A DNA stretch of 64,000 nt, from assembly GCA_964429795.1 (NCBI GenBank), contig CAYSCW010000009.1:12756-76755 (forward strand), written 5' to 3'. Positions 7,327-16,154 of this stretch are shown piece after piece. Position 1 is the stretch's first letter. Each line of letters starts with the position of its first letter. The notes beneath the pieces were generated by a model. It made no database searches. It was not told where the DNA came from and worked only from the letters and a program-made list of their open reading frames with translations. The position numbers and the translations under genes are program-made. The stretch comes from an uncultured Eubacteriales bacterium (GTDB lineage: Bacteria > Acidobacteriota > Aminicenantia > Aminicenantales > Aminicenantaceae).

Positions 7327-9504
7327 ATGAATCAGAGAAAATTGGCTTTTTATTTTATCCCATTGATCCTGTTATTCTCATCTTTGTTTCTCTTGCGTGC
7401 TGATGAAGGCATGTATCTTTTGAACAAGATCGACCAGAACACTTTGAAAAAGATGAGGACCATGGGATTCGAGCTCTCTCTGGAAGACATTTATAATCCC
7501 CAGGGAACAGGGCTGGCCAGTGCTGTGATCAAGATGGGGGCCACCGCATCTTTTGTCTCTCCGAATGGGTTGATTGTCACCAACCACCATGTGGCTTTTG
7601 GCGCAGTCCAGAGAATCAGCACCCCAGAGAAAAACTACATCGAGGAAGGCTTCTTATCTCGCACCTTGGAGGAAGAAGTTCCTGCTCCTGGTTATCAAGC
7701 TTCTATCCTTCTTTCTATAAAAGATGTCACCAAGGAAGTTTTATCTGCTGTTAAGGAGGAAATGACAGATTACGAACGCCACCAAGCCATCGAAAAGAAG
7801 ACAAAGGAGATTGTAAAAGAGGCAGAAGCCAAGGGTGATGTGGAATGTGAAGTCCAGGCCATGAATTTCGGGATGCCGTATTTCCTCTTCACCTATTTTA
7901 AGATCAAAGACATTCGAGTCGTTTATATTCCTGCTCGTTCCATCGGAGAATACGGAGGAGACATCGATAACTGGATGTGGCCGCGGCACACAGGTGATTT
8001 CTCTTTTCTCAGGGCCTATGTCCGACCAGACGGAAAGCCGGCCGAATATGCCAAGGATAATGTTCCCTATAAACCGAAGTCGTATCTCAAAATCTCAGCC
8101 CGAGGCATCAAGGAAGGCGATTTTGCAATGATCCTGGGCTTTCCGGGCCGAACATACAGACATGTCACTTCTTATACCATCGAATCAGACATAATGTTCC
8201 GATATCCCTTCCAAATCAAAACTGCCCAAGATTTGATCCGTATTCTTGAGGAACACTCCGAAAAAGACAGAGACGCAGCCGTTAAGCTGTCTTCCCTTAT
8301 CAAGGGCCTGAATAACATGCTCAAGAATAACCAGGGGATGCTTGAGGGATTGGTGAAGACAAAGCTTCTCGAGAAAAAAAGAGCAGAAGAGCAGGCCTTT
8401 CTGGAATTTCTGAACAAGAATCCCGAATGGCAGAATAAGTACGGGTCTGTGCTGTCCCGGGTTAAGTCGCTCTATGAGGAGCAGAAAGAAATAAGAGAGA
8501 AAAGCGCTTTTCTGAGGTGGATGGGCCGTGGCAGTCCGATGATGAGTTTTGCTTTGACCATCAACAAATGGTCGATCGAGAAACAAAAGAAGGATATGGA
8601 TCGAGAACAGGGATACCAAGAGAGGGATCTTCCCCGGACAGGAATGAGACTAAAGGTGGCTCAGAGAAGCCTCGTTCCCAAGGCAGATAGAGAGGCTTTG
8701 AGCTATTTTCTGAAAAACATCCTGACCCTTCCACCTGCTCAGAAAATCCAGGCCGTGGAAAAAATAGTGAGTAAGGATCCTAGCCTTTCAAAAGAGCAAG
8801 CCATCAGCAGATTCTTGGACAGGCTATATTCCGAAACACGGCTTGCATCAGCCGAGGAAAGAATTAAAATGCTTCATCTCCCCAGGAAAGAATTGCTGGC
8901 GCTTAATGATCCCTTTATTCAATTTGCCTCTGAGCTGGAAAATGAGAGGGAAGCTCTGAACCGAAAGAACAAGGAACTTTCCGGTGCTTTATCCCGGCTT
9001 ATACCCCTTTATCTAGAAGGAATTGAGGTTTGGAAAAAGGCAACCCTCTTTCCTGATGCCAACGGAACCCTTCGCCTGAATTTTGGAGAGGTGAAAGGTT
9101 ATTCTCCCCGGGATGCTGTCTGGTATAACTATCTCACCTCCCTTTCGGGCGTAGTGGAAAAAAACACAGGGAAGGAGCCTTTTAATAATCCCGAAAGGCT
9201 CCTTGAAGTTTATCGCCAAGGGGACTTTGGACCCTATATAGACAAGAAAATAAATGATGTACCTGTTAATTTTTTGACCACCAATGACAGCACGGGAGGA
9301 AATTCTGGGAGCCCTGTTCTTAACGGAAAGGGAGAGCTGATCGGCCTCCTTTTTGACGGCACCTATGAAGCCATGTACAGCGATTATTATTTCAACCCTG
9401 AATTGACCCGGACCATAAGCGTTGATATCCGTTACGTCCTGTTTATCTCTGAAAAAGTGGATAAAGCTCTGAATGTTCTGGAAGAGCTGACAATCATCAA
9501 GTAG
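7327..9504 (+). CDS. Secreted serine peptidase, family S46 (dipeptidyl-peptidase 7/11-like)
   Basis: Signal peptide; catalytic His in 'GLIVTNHHVA' and catalytic Ser in 'GGNSGSPVLNGKGELIGL'; the ~725-aa length with a helical insert splitting the chymotrypsin fold is typical of S46. Confidence 0.8.
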   Translation: MNQRKLAFYFIPLILLFSSLFLLRADEGMYLLNKIDQNTLKKMRTMGFELSLEDIYNPQGTGLASAVIKMGATASFVSPNGLIVTNHHVAFGAVQRISTPEKNYIEEGFLSRTLEEEVPAPGYQASILLSIKDVTKEVLSAVKEEMTDYERHQAIEKKTKEIVKEAEAKGDVECEVQAMNFGMPYFLFTYFKIKDIRVVYIPARSIGEYGGDIDNWMWPRHTGDFSFLRAYVRPDGKPAEYAKDNVPYKPKSYLKISARGIKEGDFAMILGFPGRTYRHVTSYTIESDIMFRYPFQIKTAQDLIRILEEHSEKDRDAAVKLSSLIKGLNNMLKNNQGMLEGLVKTKLLEKKRAEEQAFLEFLNKNPEWQNKYGSVLSRVKSLYEEQKEIREKSAFLRWMGRGSPMMSFALTINKWSIEKQKKDMDREQGYQERDLPRTGMRLKVAQRSLVPKADREALSYFLKNILTLPPAQKIQAVEKIVSKDPSLSKEQAISRFLDRLYSETRLASAEERIKMLHLPRKELLALNDPFIQFASELENEREALNRKNKELSGALSRLIPLYLEGIEVWKKATLFPDANGTLRLNFGEVKGYSPRDAVWYNYLTSLSGVVEKNTGKEPFNNPERLLEVYRQGDFGPYIDKKINDVPVNFLTTNDSTGGNSGSPVLNGKGELIGLLFDGTYEAMYSDYYFNPELTRTISVDIRYVLFISEKVDKALNVLEELTIIK

Positions 9505-9553
9505 GGTTCAGAAACCGGCGAGACAGCCGAGGCGCCGCAGATCGGTGACCTTG

Positions 9554-10075
9554 TTACTTCCTGATTCGATTTTTCATCGGCGGGCGTTGCGGGAACCTTT
9601 CTCCTCCGCGGAAAAATTTTCTCTCTTGCAGTCGCTCCTTCATCGCTGCCTTCACAGCCTCTCGCTGCTCGAGTGTTAAAATTTTCTGTATTTCCTCTCT
9701 GAGTTTCAATCTCTCTATAAACATCTCATCCTCGTAACCGGACATCTTGGAGAGAACGGCTTTTATCTTTTCATAATCAAGATTCTCTTTCTCCTGCATG
9801 AGTTTTCTCAAATTCAGCTGCTCCAGACTGATTTGATTCCTCATCTGAATCATCTTCTCCTCGAATGAAAAATCCAGGCTCTGGATTTTTTCAATCTGAC
9901 TGTCTGTGACTTTAAGCTCGTCCTTTTTTGCCTCTAAAACCCACAGAATTCTTATCGGTGACCGCCTCGCAAATTCTTCACCTCTTCTCATGCGGCGGTC
10001 TGGCTGGGCCAAGCTGCTGGCAGCAAACACAACCACAGTCAAGATAACGACGAAAATCTTGATGCCTCTTTTCAT
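9554..10075 (-). CDS. Periplasmic LTXXQ-motif protein (Spy/CpxP-like), second paralogue
   Basis: Signal peptide MKRGIKIFVVILTVVVFAASSLA with an AGGAG RBS; LTLEQREAV / VTDSQIEKI motifs; coiled-coil region. Confidence 0.55.
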   Translation of the reverse strand: MKRGIKIFVVILTVVVFAASSLAQPDRRMRRGEEFARRSPIRILWVLEAKKDELKVTDSQIEKIQSLDFSFEEKMIQMRNQISLEQLNLRKLMQEKENLDYEKIKAVLSKMSGYEDEMFIERLKLREEIQKILTLEQREAVKAAMKERLQERKFFRGGERFPQRPPMKNRIRK

Positions 10076-10111
10076 CTTTTTACTCCTTTTTTGATTTCTC
10101 AAATTTTTTGT

Positions 10112-10139
10112 CTTACATAGATTAGACGATTTTTCCGAT
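10112..10139 (-). promoter_or_regulatory. ECF-type promoter (GGAATAA-N15-GTCTAA) upstream of the second LTXXQ gene
   Basis: Minus strand reads GGAATAAATGATCGGAAAAATCGTCTAA; same boxes as P1/P2 at the sigma operon. Confidence 0.45.
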
Positions 10140-10585
10140 CATTTATTCCAAAAAAATTAAATGGCCTTAGATTTCAGCCGAGAGGAGGGTCCTTAAAAAT
10201 TAAAGGCTGTTTTTTCTTCCGGCAGATTAATTTATCCACTTCTCCCTCCCTGTTCTGAATTTGTGCTTGTATCATTAGATAAATCATGCAAACTTTATGC
10301 CATATATAACTGGTTCAGGTAAAACTTCTCAGCCACTTTTATGTCCTCTAATATGTACAGATGTCTTAATAAAAGTAAACTCCGGTTACGGTGGCACAAC
10401 ACATAACCAGCCCTCCGTATCAAATGCAATGGATTTGCCTCCCCTTCTGGAAATAAAGTAAAAGCCAATTCTCCATCGAGTTAAAATTATCTCTAAAAGT
10501 ATATGGATGTATATTGTAGTATGTGAAATGATCCGTCAGATAGCCAAACGTAGCACAGGGAGATGGGGATGTGTTCTTAGCTTAT

Positions 10586-10615
10586 TTGACATCGTATTTT
10601 TTCCCGTGCTATAAG
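10586..10615 (+). promoter_or_regulatory. Near-consensus sigma-70-type promoter (TTGACA-N18-TATAAG)
   Basis: TTGACA at 10586-10591 and TATAAG at 10610-10615; reads into the FtsX remnant. Confidence 0.4.
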
Positions 10616-10654
10616 ATTTTTCGCTGAGAAATAGAGATAAATGATACAGGATGA

Positions 10655-10930
10655 AAACATTTTAACGGAAAAGAGAGATCGGGCACTTCTAATATTCATC
10701 ATCATATTGTTGATTTCTCTCATATCCCGGTTGGAGGAGTTTTAGGAATCGGGGCAGGATATGGCATTTCCAAAGTCGTGAGCCTCTATGCCCATTGGAG
10801 GACCTTGATCTCAGCTGTTTCGATCATTATTTCTTCCGGCATAGCTGTCTCAGTGGGGTTAACATTTGGGATTTACCCGGCCTACACTGCCTCTAAACTG
10901 AACCCGATAGAAGCCCTGCGCTATGAATGA
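10655..10930 (+). pseudogene. C-terminal remnant of an FtsX-family (MacB/LolE-like) ABC permease
   Basis: A 91-codon open frame with no ATG start ending …VVSLYAHWRTLISAVSIIISSGIAVSVGLTFGIYPAYTASKLNPIEALRYE*, which is the last TM helix and conserved C-terminal tail of FtsX permeases. Compare GIYPAVYAARIVPADAMRKSL in the intact permease at 32332-33561. Confidence 0.55.
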
Positions 10931-10970
10931 CGCTTTGATTCTGTAGATAGAGGGTCTGCTTCTTCACGCT

Positions 10971-11621
10971 TTAAAAGCCGAAGAGAAGGCCCACAGTCAC
11001 GTTGAAAGCGTTCTGATTATGGGGATCATCAAAGATAACGCTGTATCGAACATCAAGTCTGGCTCCGAAGTTTGAAAGGAGAAAAAGCTCGATCCCTCCT
11101 CCTATATTGGCCACAAAGTTTGAAGCTTTCTCTGGGGGAACAAACTCAATCTCATAACCATATTCGGAAATGTAGGTTTCCTCCTGGGCCACGAGCCTAT
11201 CCATTCCCACGCCAACCAATAAATAAGGACTGAGACGCCTGCCCAGCAAGCGATAGACAACGTTTAAGCTCAGCGCATAATGCTTGGCCGTATCCGCTTC
11301 AACCGTATCTAGATCAGAAGGATCCTCGAGGATTACTTTTGTGGAAAAGGCATAGCGGGCATCCAGCTCAACACCAAGATGGCGAGTAAAAAAAAGAGCC
11401 ACGGCTGCCCCGAAGTTAAACGAGGCATGGCCAGGCGTCACAGGAAAATCATTCTCTCCCATCACATAATCTTCTTCTTCTCCATATTCGAAGACTTTAT
11501 ACCAACCACCAAAAAGATAAGCCTGGATTTCCTGAGCAGGGGAATGTGCCACACAAACCCCCAGCAGGATAACTAATATCAGGCTCCCCCGCTTTATTCT
11601 TGATAATCTTTGTTTTCTCAT
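10971..11621 (-). CDS. Outer-membrane beta-barrel protein (OmpA-like beta-barrel / OmpW-like)
   Basis: Signal peptide; amphipathic beta-strand pattern; C-terminal …VTVGLLFGF. The gene lies 19 nt downstream of the peptidase gene stop. Confidence 0.55.
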   Translation of the reverse strand: MRKQRLSRIKRGSLILVILLGVCVAHSPAQEIQAYLFGGWYKVFEYGEEEDYVMGENDFPVTPGHASFNFGAAVALFFTRHLGVELDARYAFSTKVILEDPSDLDTVEADTAKHYALSLNVVYRLLGRRLSPYLLVGVGMDRLVAQEETYISEYGYEIEFVPPEKASNFVANIGGGIELFLLSNFGARLDVRYSVIFDDPHNQNAFNVTVGLLFGF

Positions 11622-11639
11622 TTCTAACCTCTCTGTCTT

Positions 11640-13670
11640 CTACTTTATATGCTCCAGGGCCTCATCAACGGCCCGCAGAAGAGGTGCTGCCGAGATCTTG
11701 GTGCCAACAGCATTTTCCATCCACAGCTGGGGGATAATGTTTCCAACCACACACATCCGTTCCATCTCCTCTCCCAGGCTTTTTCCCTCAAGATACTGGC
11801 CAATCTGGAAGGCGATGATGTGTCCAAGAGGATAATCAGGAAGATAGAGTGCGCCATCTATCATATGGGAGTAAATAGCCAGAATGGGTTGATCTTTGAC
11901 CCCGAAAACGTCTGCATAATACTCGTTCCATATCTCTCTGGCGATGGAAATAACCGCTCTTTTCAGGTCCTCGGGTTTCGCATCAGGATGTTCATAAAGC
12001 CAATGCCAAGCTTTCATGTCCACCAGAGAGACGCCCATGATCTCGTAAGCGCTCCAGAGGTAATCGAGTGCTTTGAGGTGCTCTCTGTTGACGTCGCGGC
12101 TCTCCACCCCCAGCACATCCAGGTCTCTCTCCTGGAAGACAAAGGCAAAGGCTTCGGTGAAGGCTGTGTTAGGAACTCCATGAAGCATATAATGGTCGAC
12201 CTTCTGCAGGGTAAGAGTCTGCTCCACACAGTGCCCCAGCTCATGCATGGCGATATTAAATCCCTTGTAGTTCATCCCTTTTTTAGGGACTCTGGTTCTC
12301 AGGTGGGACATATCCTCCTTCATCTCCGCCCCCCAGGCATGCCCCGCCCCTCTTGCCGGGTCCACCTCTATCTTGGGGGAGATAAAATCAGCCTGTTTCT
12401 CTGAAAAGCCGATCTTCAACAGAATACTCCTGAGCTCACTCTCAAAGGCCTCGATGGTGGGATATCGTTCAGCGACCATCCTATCTAGTTCCTCCTCTGC
12501 AATCCCGCCTCCTGATTTAAACCCTGGATACCAGATGTCAAAGGGTTCAAGCTTTCTTCCTAGCCTCTGGCTTATGAGCTTGCCCACCTTTCGGACTTGA
12601 GGGGAGGAGAGGAAGTTCCGGAAGAGAGCATCCACTTCTTCCTCAGGTATCTCTCTGACAGCCTCGAATTTACGCTTGATATGGGTGGGCAGGGCAGGGT
12701 AATAGGGGTCGAGCATCTTCATCCCCTTGAAAGCACTCAGGAAATGTTGGTAGCGGGTATCAGGCTCAGGCTCAGCGGTTATTTCTTCATCACCCTTGTA
12801 GACTTTATTGGTGAAAGGATTCCACAAGTACTCCGGGCTGTTGATCACCGCTTGAGGGATGTCCTGATTTATGATAAGCAGCATGACCGCATAGATCATC
12901 TTCTGTTTAAAAAAGCCCTGGGGATCGTTGTATCTGGCCTTCAACTCATCCCTGAGTCCCCAGTGGGTGATCAGCTTGAGGTCCTCAGGAAAGTAGGTTT
13001 TTTTATCCTTGTCCACCAGTTTTCCCATGTAGACGTTGTATTCCGAGATATATGTGTCTGCTTCGGTCATGACTTGAGATATCTTCTGGTAGACTTCGGC
13101 CGGGACACGAGAAACGAACACATCTCCCATCCGGGCATAGGCCCAGTCTTTCCGGCTCCATTCCGCTCCCAGCTCAGTCTTTTCAGAAAGGGAATAATGA
13201 GGGAAATTCAACAGGATGAAAAAAGCAATTTTGTTCCGGAAAAGGTCCTCAGAAAGGTGGGAGGACGGGTCGAACTGGCCGAACATCATATCCAGGGGAA
13301 GGATTTTTCCCCAGTCAAGATGAAGAGCCCGTTTCAAGTCCAGGAGCATCTTGGTGAAATGTCCGTTTAAGACTTCATAGTTTGTTTCCAGCCTCTGGAA
13401 ATTCAAATCCAGAAGCTCCGGCTCGGCGACAAAATTCAGCTGGCAGAAGTTTTTGAAATCTTCCAAGGTGCCGTCTTCCTTCTTCCACAGAGAAGCGGCC
13501 TGCTCAACACCTTTTTCAATCCGGAATTTCTGTGACTCCCCATATTTTTGAAGAAGAGATCCTCTGACCTCCTCCTTTGTCTTTGCGTCCACAGCTTGCT
13601 CTCCCGCTCTAAGGTCAGCCATAGAGAAAACCAAGGCCATAGAAAGGATAAAAAGTATGGGTTTTTTCAT
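11640..13670 (-). CDS. Secreted zinc metallopeptidase, clan MA (M2/M3-like)
   Basis: Signal peptide. HExxH in 'IAMHELGHCV' with a Glu 27 residues downstream in 'NTAFTEAFAF', which matches the HEAIGD-type third zinc ligand of M2 and the M3 spacing. Confidence 0.6.
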   Translation of the reverse strand: MKKPILFILSMALVFSMADLRAGEQAVDAKTKEEVRGSLLQKYGESQKFRIEKGVEQAASLWKKEDGTLEDFKNFCQLNFVAEPELLDLNFQRLETNYEVLNGHFTKMLLDLKRALHLDWGKILPLDMMFGQFDPSSHLSEDLFRNKIAFFILLNFPHYSLSEKTELGAEWSRKDWAYARMGDVFVSRVPAEVYQKISQVMTEADTYISEYNVYMGKLVDKDKKTYFPEDLKLITHWGLRDELKARYNDPQGFFKQKMIYAVMLLIINQDIPQAVINSPEYLWNPFTNKVYKGDEEITAEPEPDTRYQHFLSAFKGMKMLDPYYPALPTHIKRKFEAVREIPEEEVDALFRNFLSSPQVRKVGKLISQRLGRKLEPFDIWYPGFKSGGGIAEEELDRMVAERYPTIEAFESELRSILLKIGFSEKQADFISPKIEVDPARGAGHAWGAEMKEDMSHLRTRVPKKGMNYKGFNIAMHELGHCVEQTLTLQKVDHYMLHGVPNTAFTEAFAFVFQERDLDVLGVESRDVNREHLKALDYLWSAYEIMGVSLVDMKAWHWLYEHPDAKPEDLKRAVISIAREIWNEYYADVFGVKDQPILAIYSHMIDGALYLPDYPLGHIIAFQIGQYLEGKSLGEEMERMCVVGNIIPQLWMENAVGTKISAAPLLRAVDEALEHIK

Positions 13671-14019
13671 CTTGACCTCCTGAATGCTTGTTCATGGCTA
13701 AGCCTATTTAGGAAAAAAAAGAATCTCTTTCTTACTCAAAGTGGCGGATTGTTCCCTTTTCACAGAGCCGCTCGTACCTGGAAGGAATCCCATTTATAGC
13801 AGAGGCCGAGCCTGAAGTCAACGGCTGGGCTTTTTTCCGCTCACTACGTCCCGCAAATTTTATGCCAAAAGCAGCAGGAAGCCATCAGGTGCCGAAAGGG
13901 GACTGTAAGAGAAAAATGGACAGCAACCGCCGCCTCACTTCGGTTTTGGAAATGCTTGCGTCGGCAGAAATTCAATTGACAGGAATTTCCCCAGTGATAT
14001 AAGCTATAAAAAAAGACAA

Positions 14020-16089
14020 ATGGGGAGAGAAAAGAGGCGGCTGGCAGCGGTCATGTTCACCGACATTGTCGGTTACAGCACGCTCAGCCAGAAAAACGAG
14101 AAACTTGCCCTCGAGTTATTAGAAGACCATCGTTTGCTCCTCCGTCCCCAATTCCAGAAGTACAACGGAAAAGAGATCAAGACGATCGGCGACGCCTTCC
14201 TTGTGGAGTTCCAAAGCGCCGTCGAGGCCGTTGAGTGCGCGATAGTGATCCAGAAAGAACTCCAGGCAAGCAGTGCCCTTCTTCCGCCAGAGAAGAGGAT
14301 CCAGGTCCGGATCGGAATCCATGTAGGTGATATCGTCCACCGGGAAGGTGATATCTACGGGGATGGCGTCAACATTGCCTCGCGGATCCAGCCCCTGGCC
14401 GAGCCTGGAGGGATTTGCCTTTCTGAGCAAGTCGTGGACCAGGTCCGCAACAAGATAAAAGCACCGATTGTCAGCCTGGGGATCCACAGGTTGAAAAACA
14501 TCGAGGATCCCCAGAAAATATTCTATGTCGTTCTTCCCTGGCAGGAAAAGAAGCCCCTGAAACCTGTTTCACCGATCTCGTTGCCCAAGGAGAGGAGAAA
14601 AAGATGGCTGGTTCCCTCGCTGATCGGAGCGGGGGTTCTCATCGTTGCTTCTATTCTCCTGCTTCTTTTAATTAAGAATAAGATCCTCATTCCACCCGGA
14701 CCACAGGCAATCCGATCATTAGCGGTGCTGCCGCTCCAGAATCTCTCCACAGACCCGACCCAGGAATATTTTTCGGATGGCATGACCGAAGCGCTCATCA
14801 CCGAGCTCTCCAAGATCAAGGCTCTGCGCGTTATCTCGCGGACCTCCGTGATGCGCTACAAGAAGACCGAGAAGACTCTCCCCGAGATCGCCAAGGAGCT
14901 TAACGTTGAGGCTGCTGTCGAAGGTTCCGCCCTGCTTGCAGGAGATCGGGTGCGGATCACCGCTCAACTGATCAAGGCTGATCCGGAACAGCATCTCTGG
15001 GCAGAAGAATACGAGCGGGATTTCCGCGACATCCTGAGCCTGCAGAGCGAGGTCGCGCGGACGATTGCCAGGGAAATCCGGATCACGCTTACACCGGAGG
15101 AAAAGGAGAGACTGGCAAGCGTCCACCCTATTAATCCCGACGCCCATAAGGCATATCTCAAAGGCCGTTTTCTCATCAACAAGTTCACAGAGGATGGCGT
15201 CAGGAATGGGATGAAATCCTTCAGGCAGGCACTCGTGATCGACCCTGGATTTGCCCTTGCCCATGCCGGCCTGGCAGAGGCCTACGACATCCTGACCTCA
15301 GCGGGCTGGATCTCTCCGCAGAAAGGGTGGCCGCGAGTCCAGGAAGAGGCCGAGAAGGCTCTCTCCCTGGACGAGACACTCGGGGAACCACGAGTCCTTC
15401 TGGCAGATTATAAATTCCTCGTCGCCTGGGATTTCAAAGCCACAGAACGGGAGTTTCAACGGGCCATCGAACTCAATCCCGGGAATTCTACGGCCCACCA
15501 ATACTATGCCATCTTCCTTTCGGCAATGGGGCGGCATGATGAAGCGATCGAGGTCAACCGACATGCCCTCGAGCTCGACCCTCTTTCGTTGAGCATTAAT
15601 CAGAGTATGGGCGCGATTTACCGGTTTGCCCGCCAGTATGACCTTTCTCTCGAACAACTCAAGGCGACCGTCGCGCTTGACCCCAATTTTGCCTGGACTC
15701 ATTGGTCCCTGGGAGAAGCCTATGTCCGTAAGGGAATGTACGAACAGGCTGTAAGCGAGCTCCAGAAGGCCCTCGATCTGTCTGGAGAGAATATGGCCCT
15801 TATCCAGGCGGATTTGGCCTGTTCCTTTGCCCTCTGGGGCAAAAAGAAAGAGGCGCAGTCGATTCTCGAGGATCTTCTGAGTCAGTCCCAAGAGAAGTAT
15901 GTCTCGCCTTTCAGCATGGCAACAATTTATGCCGCCCTGGGAGAAAAGGATAGGGCTTTTTCCTGGCTCGAGAAAGCCTTTGCGGAGCGGGCTAATAATT
16001 TCGTCTTTCTCAGGGTTGATCCCCGGCTGGATAGCCTTCGTCATGATCCCCGCTTTGACGATTTCCTCACTCGGGTGGGACTGAAATAA
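14020..16089 (+). CDS. Class III adenylate/guanylate cyclase fused to a TM helix, a TolB_N-like region and TPR repeats
   Basis: Cyclase homology domain (MFTDIVGYSTL…TIGDAFLVEF…IGIHVGDIV…GDGVNIASRIQ), one TM helix, then TPR-like repeats to the C-terminus. Confidence 0.7.
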   Translation: MGREKRRLAAVMFTDIVGYSTLSQKNEKLALELLEDHRLLLRPQFQKYNGKEIKTIGDAFLVEFQSAVEAVECAIVIQKELQASSALLPPEKRIQVRIGIHVGDIVHREGDIYGDGVNIASRIQPLAEPGGICLSEQVVDQVRNKIKAPIVSLGIHRLKNIEDPQKIFYVVLPWQEKKPLKPVSPISLPKERRKRWLVPSLIGAGVLIVASILLLLLIKNKILIPPGPQAIRSLAVLPLQNLSTDPTQEYFSDGMTEALITELSKIKALRVISRTSVMRYKKTEKTLPEIAKELNVEAAVEGSALLAGDRVRITAQLIKADPEQHLWAEEYERDFRDILSLQSEVARTIAREIRITLTPEEKERLASVHPINPDAHKAYLKGRFLINKFTEDGVRNGMKSFRQALVIDPGFALAHAGLAEAYDILTSAGWISPQKGWPRVQEEAEKALSLDETLGEPRVLLADYKFLVAWDFKATEREFQRAIELNPGNSTAHQYYAIFLSAMGRHDEAIEVNRHALELDPLSLSINQSMGAIYRFARQYDLSLEQLKATVALDPNFAWTHWSLGEAYVRKGMYEQAVSELQKALDLSGENMALIQADLACSFALWGKKKEAQSILEDLLSQSQEKYVSPFSMATIYAALGEKDRAFSWLEKAFAERANNFVFLRVDPRLDSLRHDPRFDDFLTRVGLK

Positions 16090-16154
16090 GAGAAATAAAA
16101 CTCATTAAACAAGATGGCGAGTGTCTCCTACTGCTCATGATTATGGAGGAGGCC

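Noticed and set aside
11649-13370. Plus-strand ORFs of 251 aa and 257 aa (11649-12404, 12597-13370) opposite the metallopeptidase gene
   Set aside because: They are antisense to a strongly supported HExxH peptidase gene. Composition is low-complexity and no motifs are present.
13800-13845. Hairpin-like GC segment followed by TTTTTT on the plus strand in the divergent peptidase/cyclase intergenic region
   Set aside because: The stem is only about 3-4 bp with mismatches. No upstream plus-strand gene would need a terminator there.
14119-16044. Minus-strand ORFs (122, 98, 181, 74 and 248 aa) within the cyclase gene
   Set aside because: They are antisense to a conserved multi-domain CDS. GC-rich coding regions of this kind generate long spurious reverse frames.
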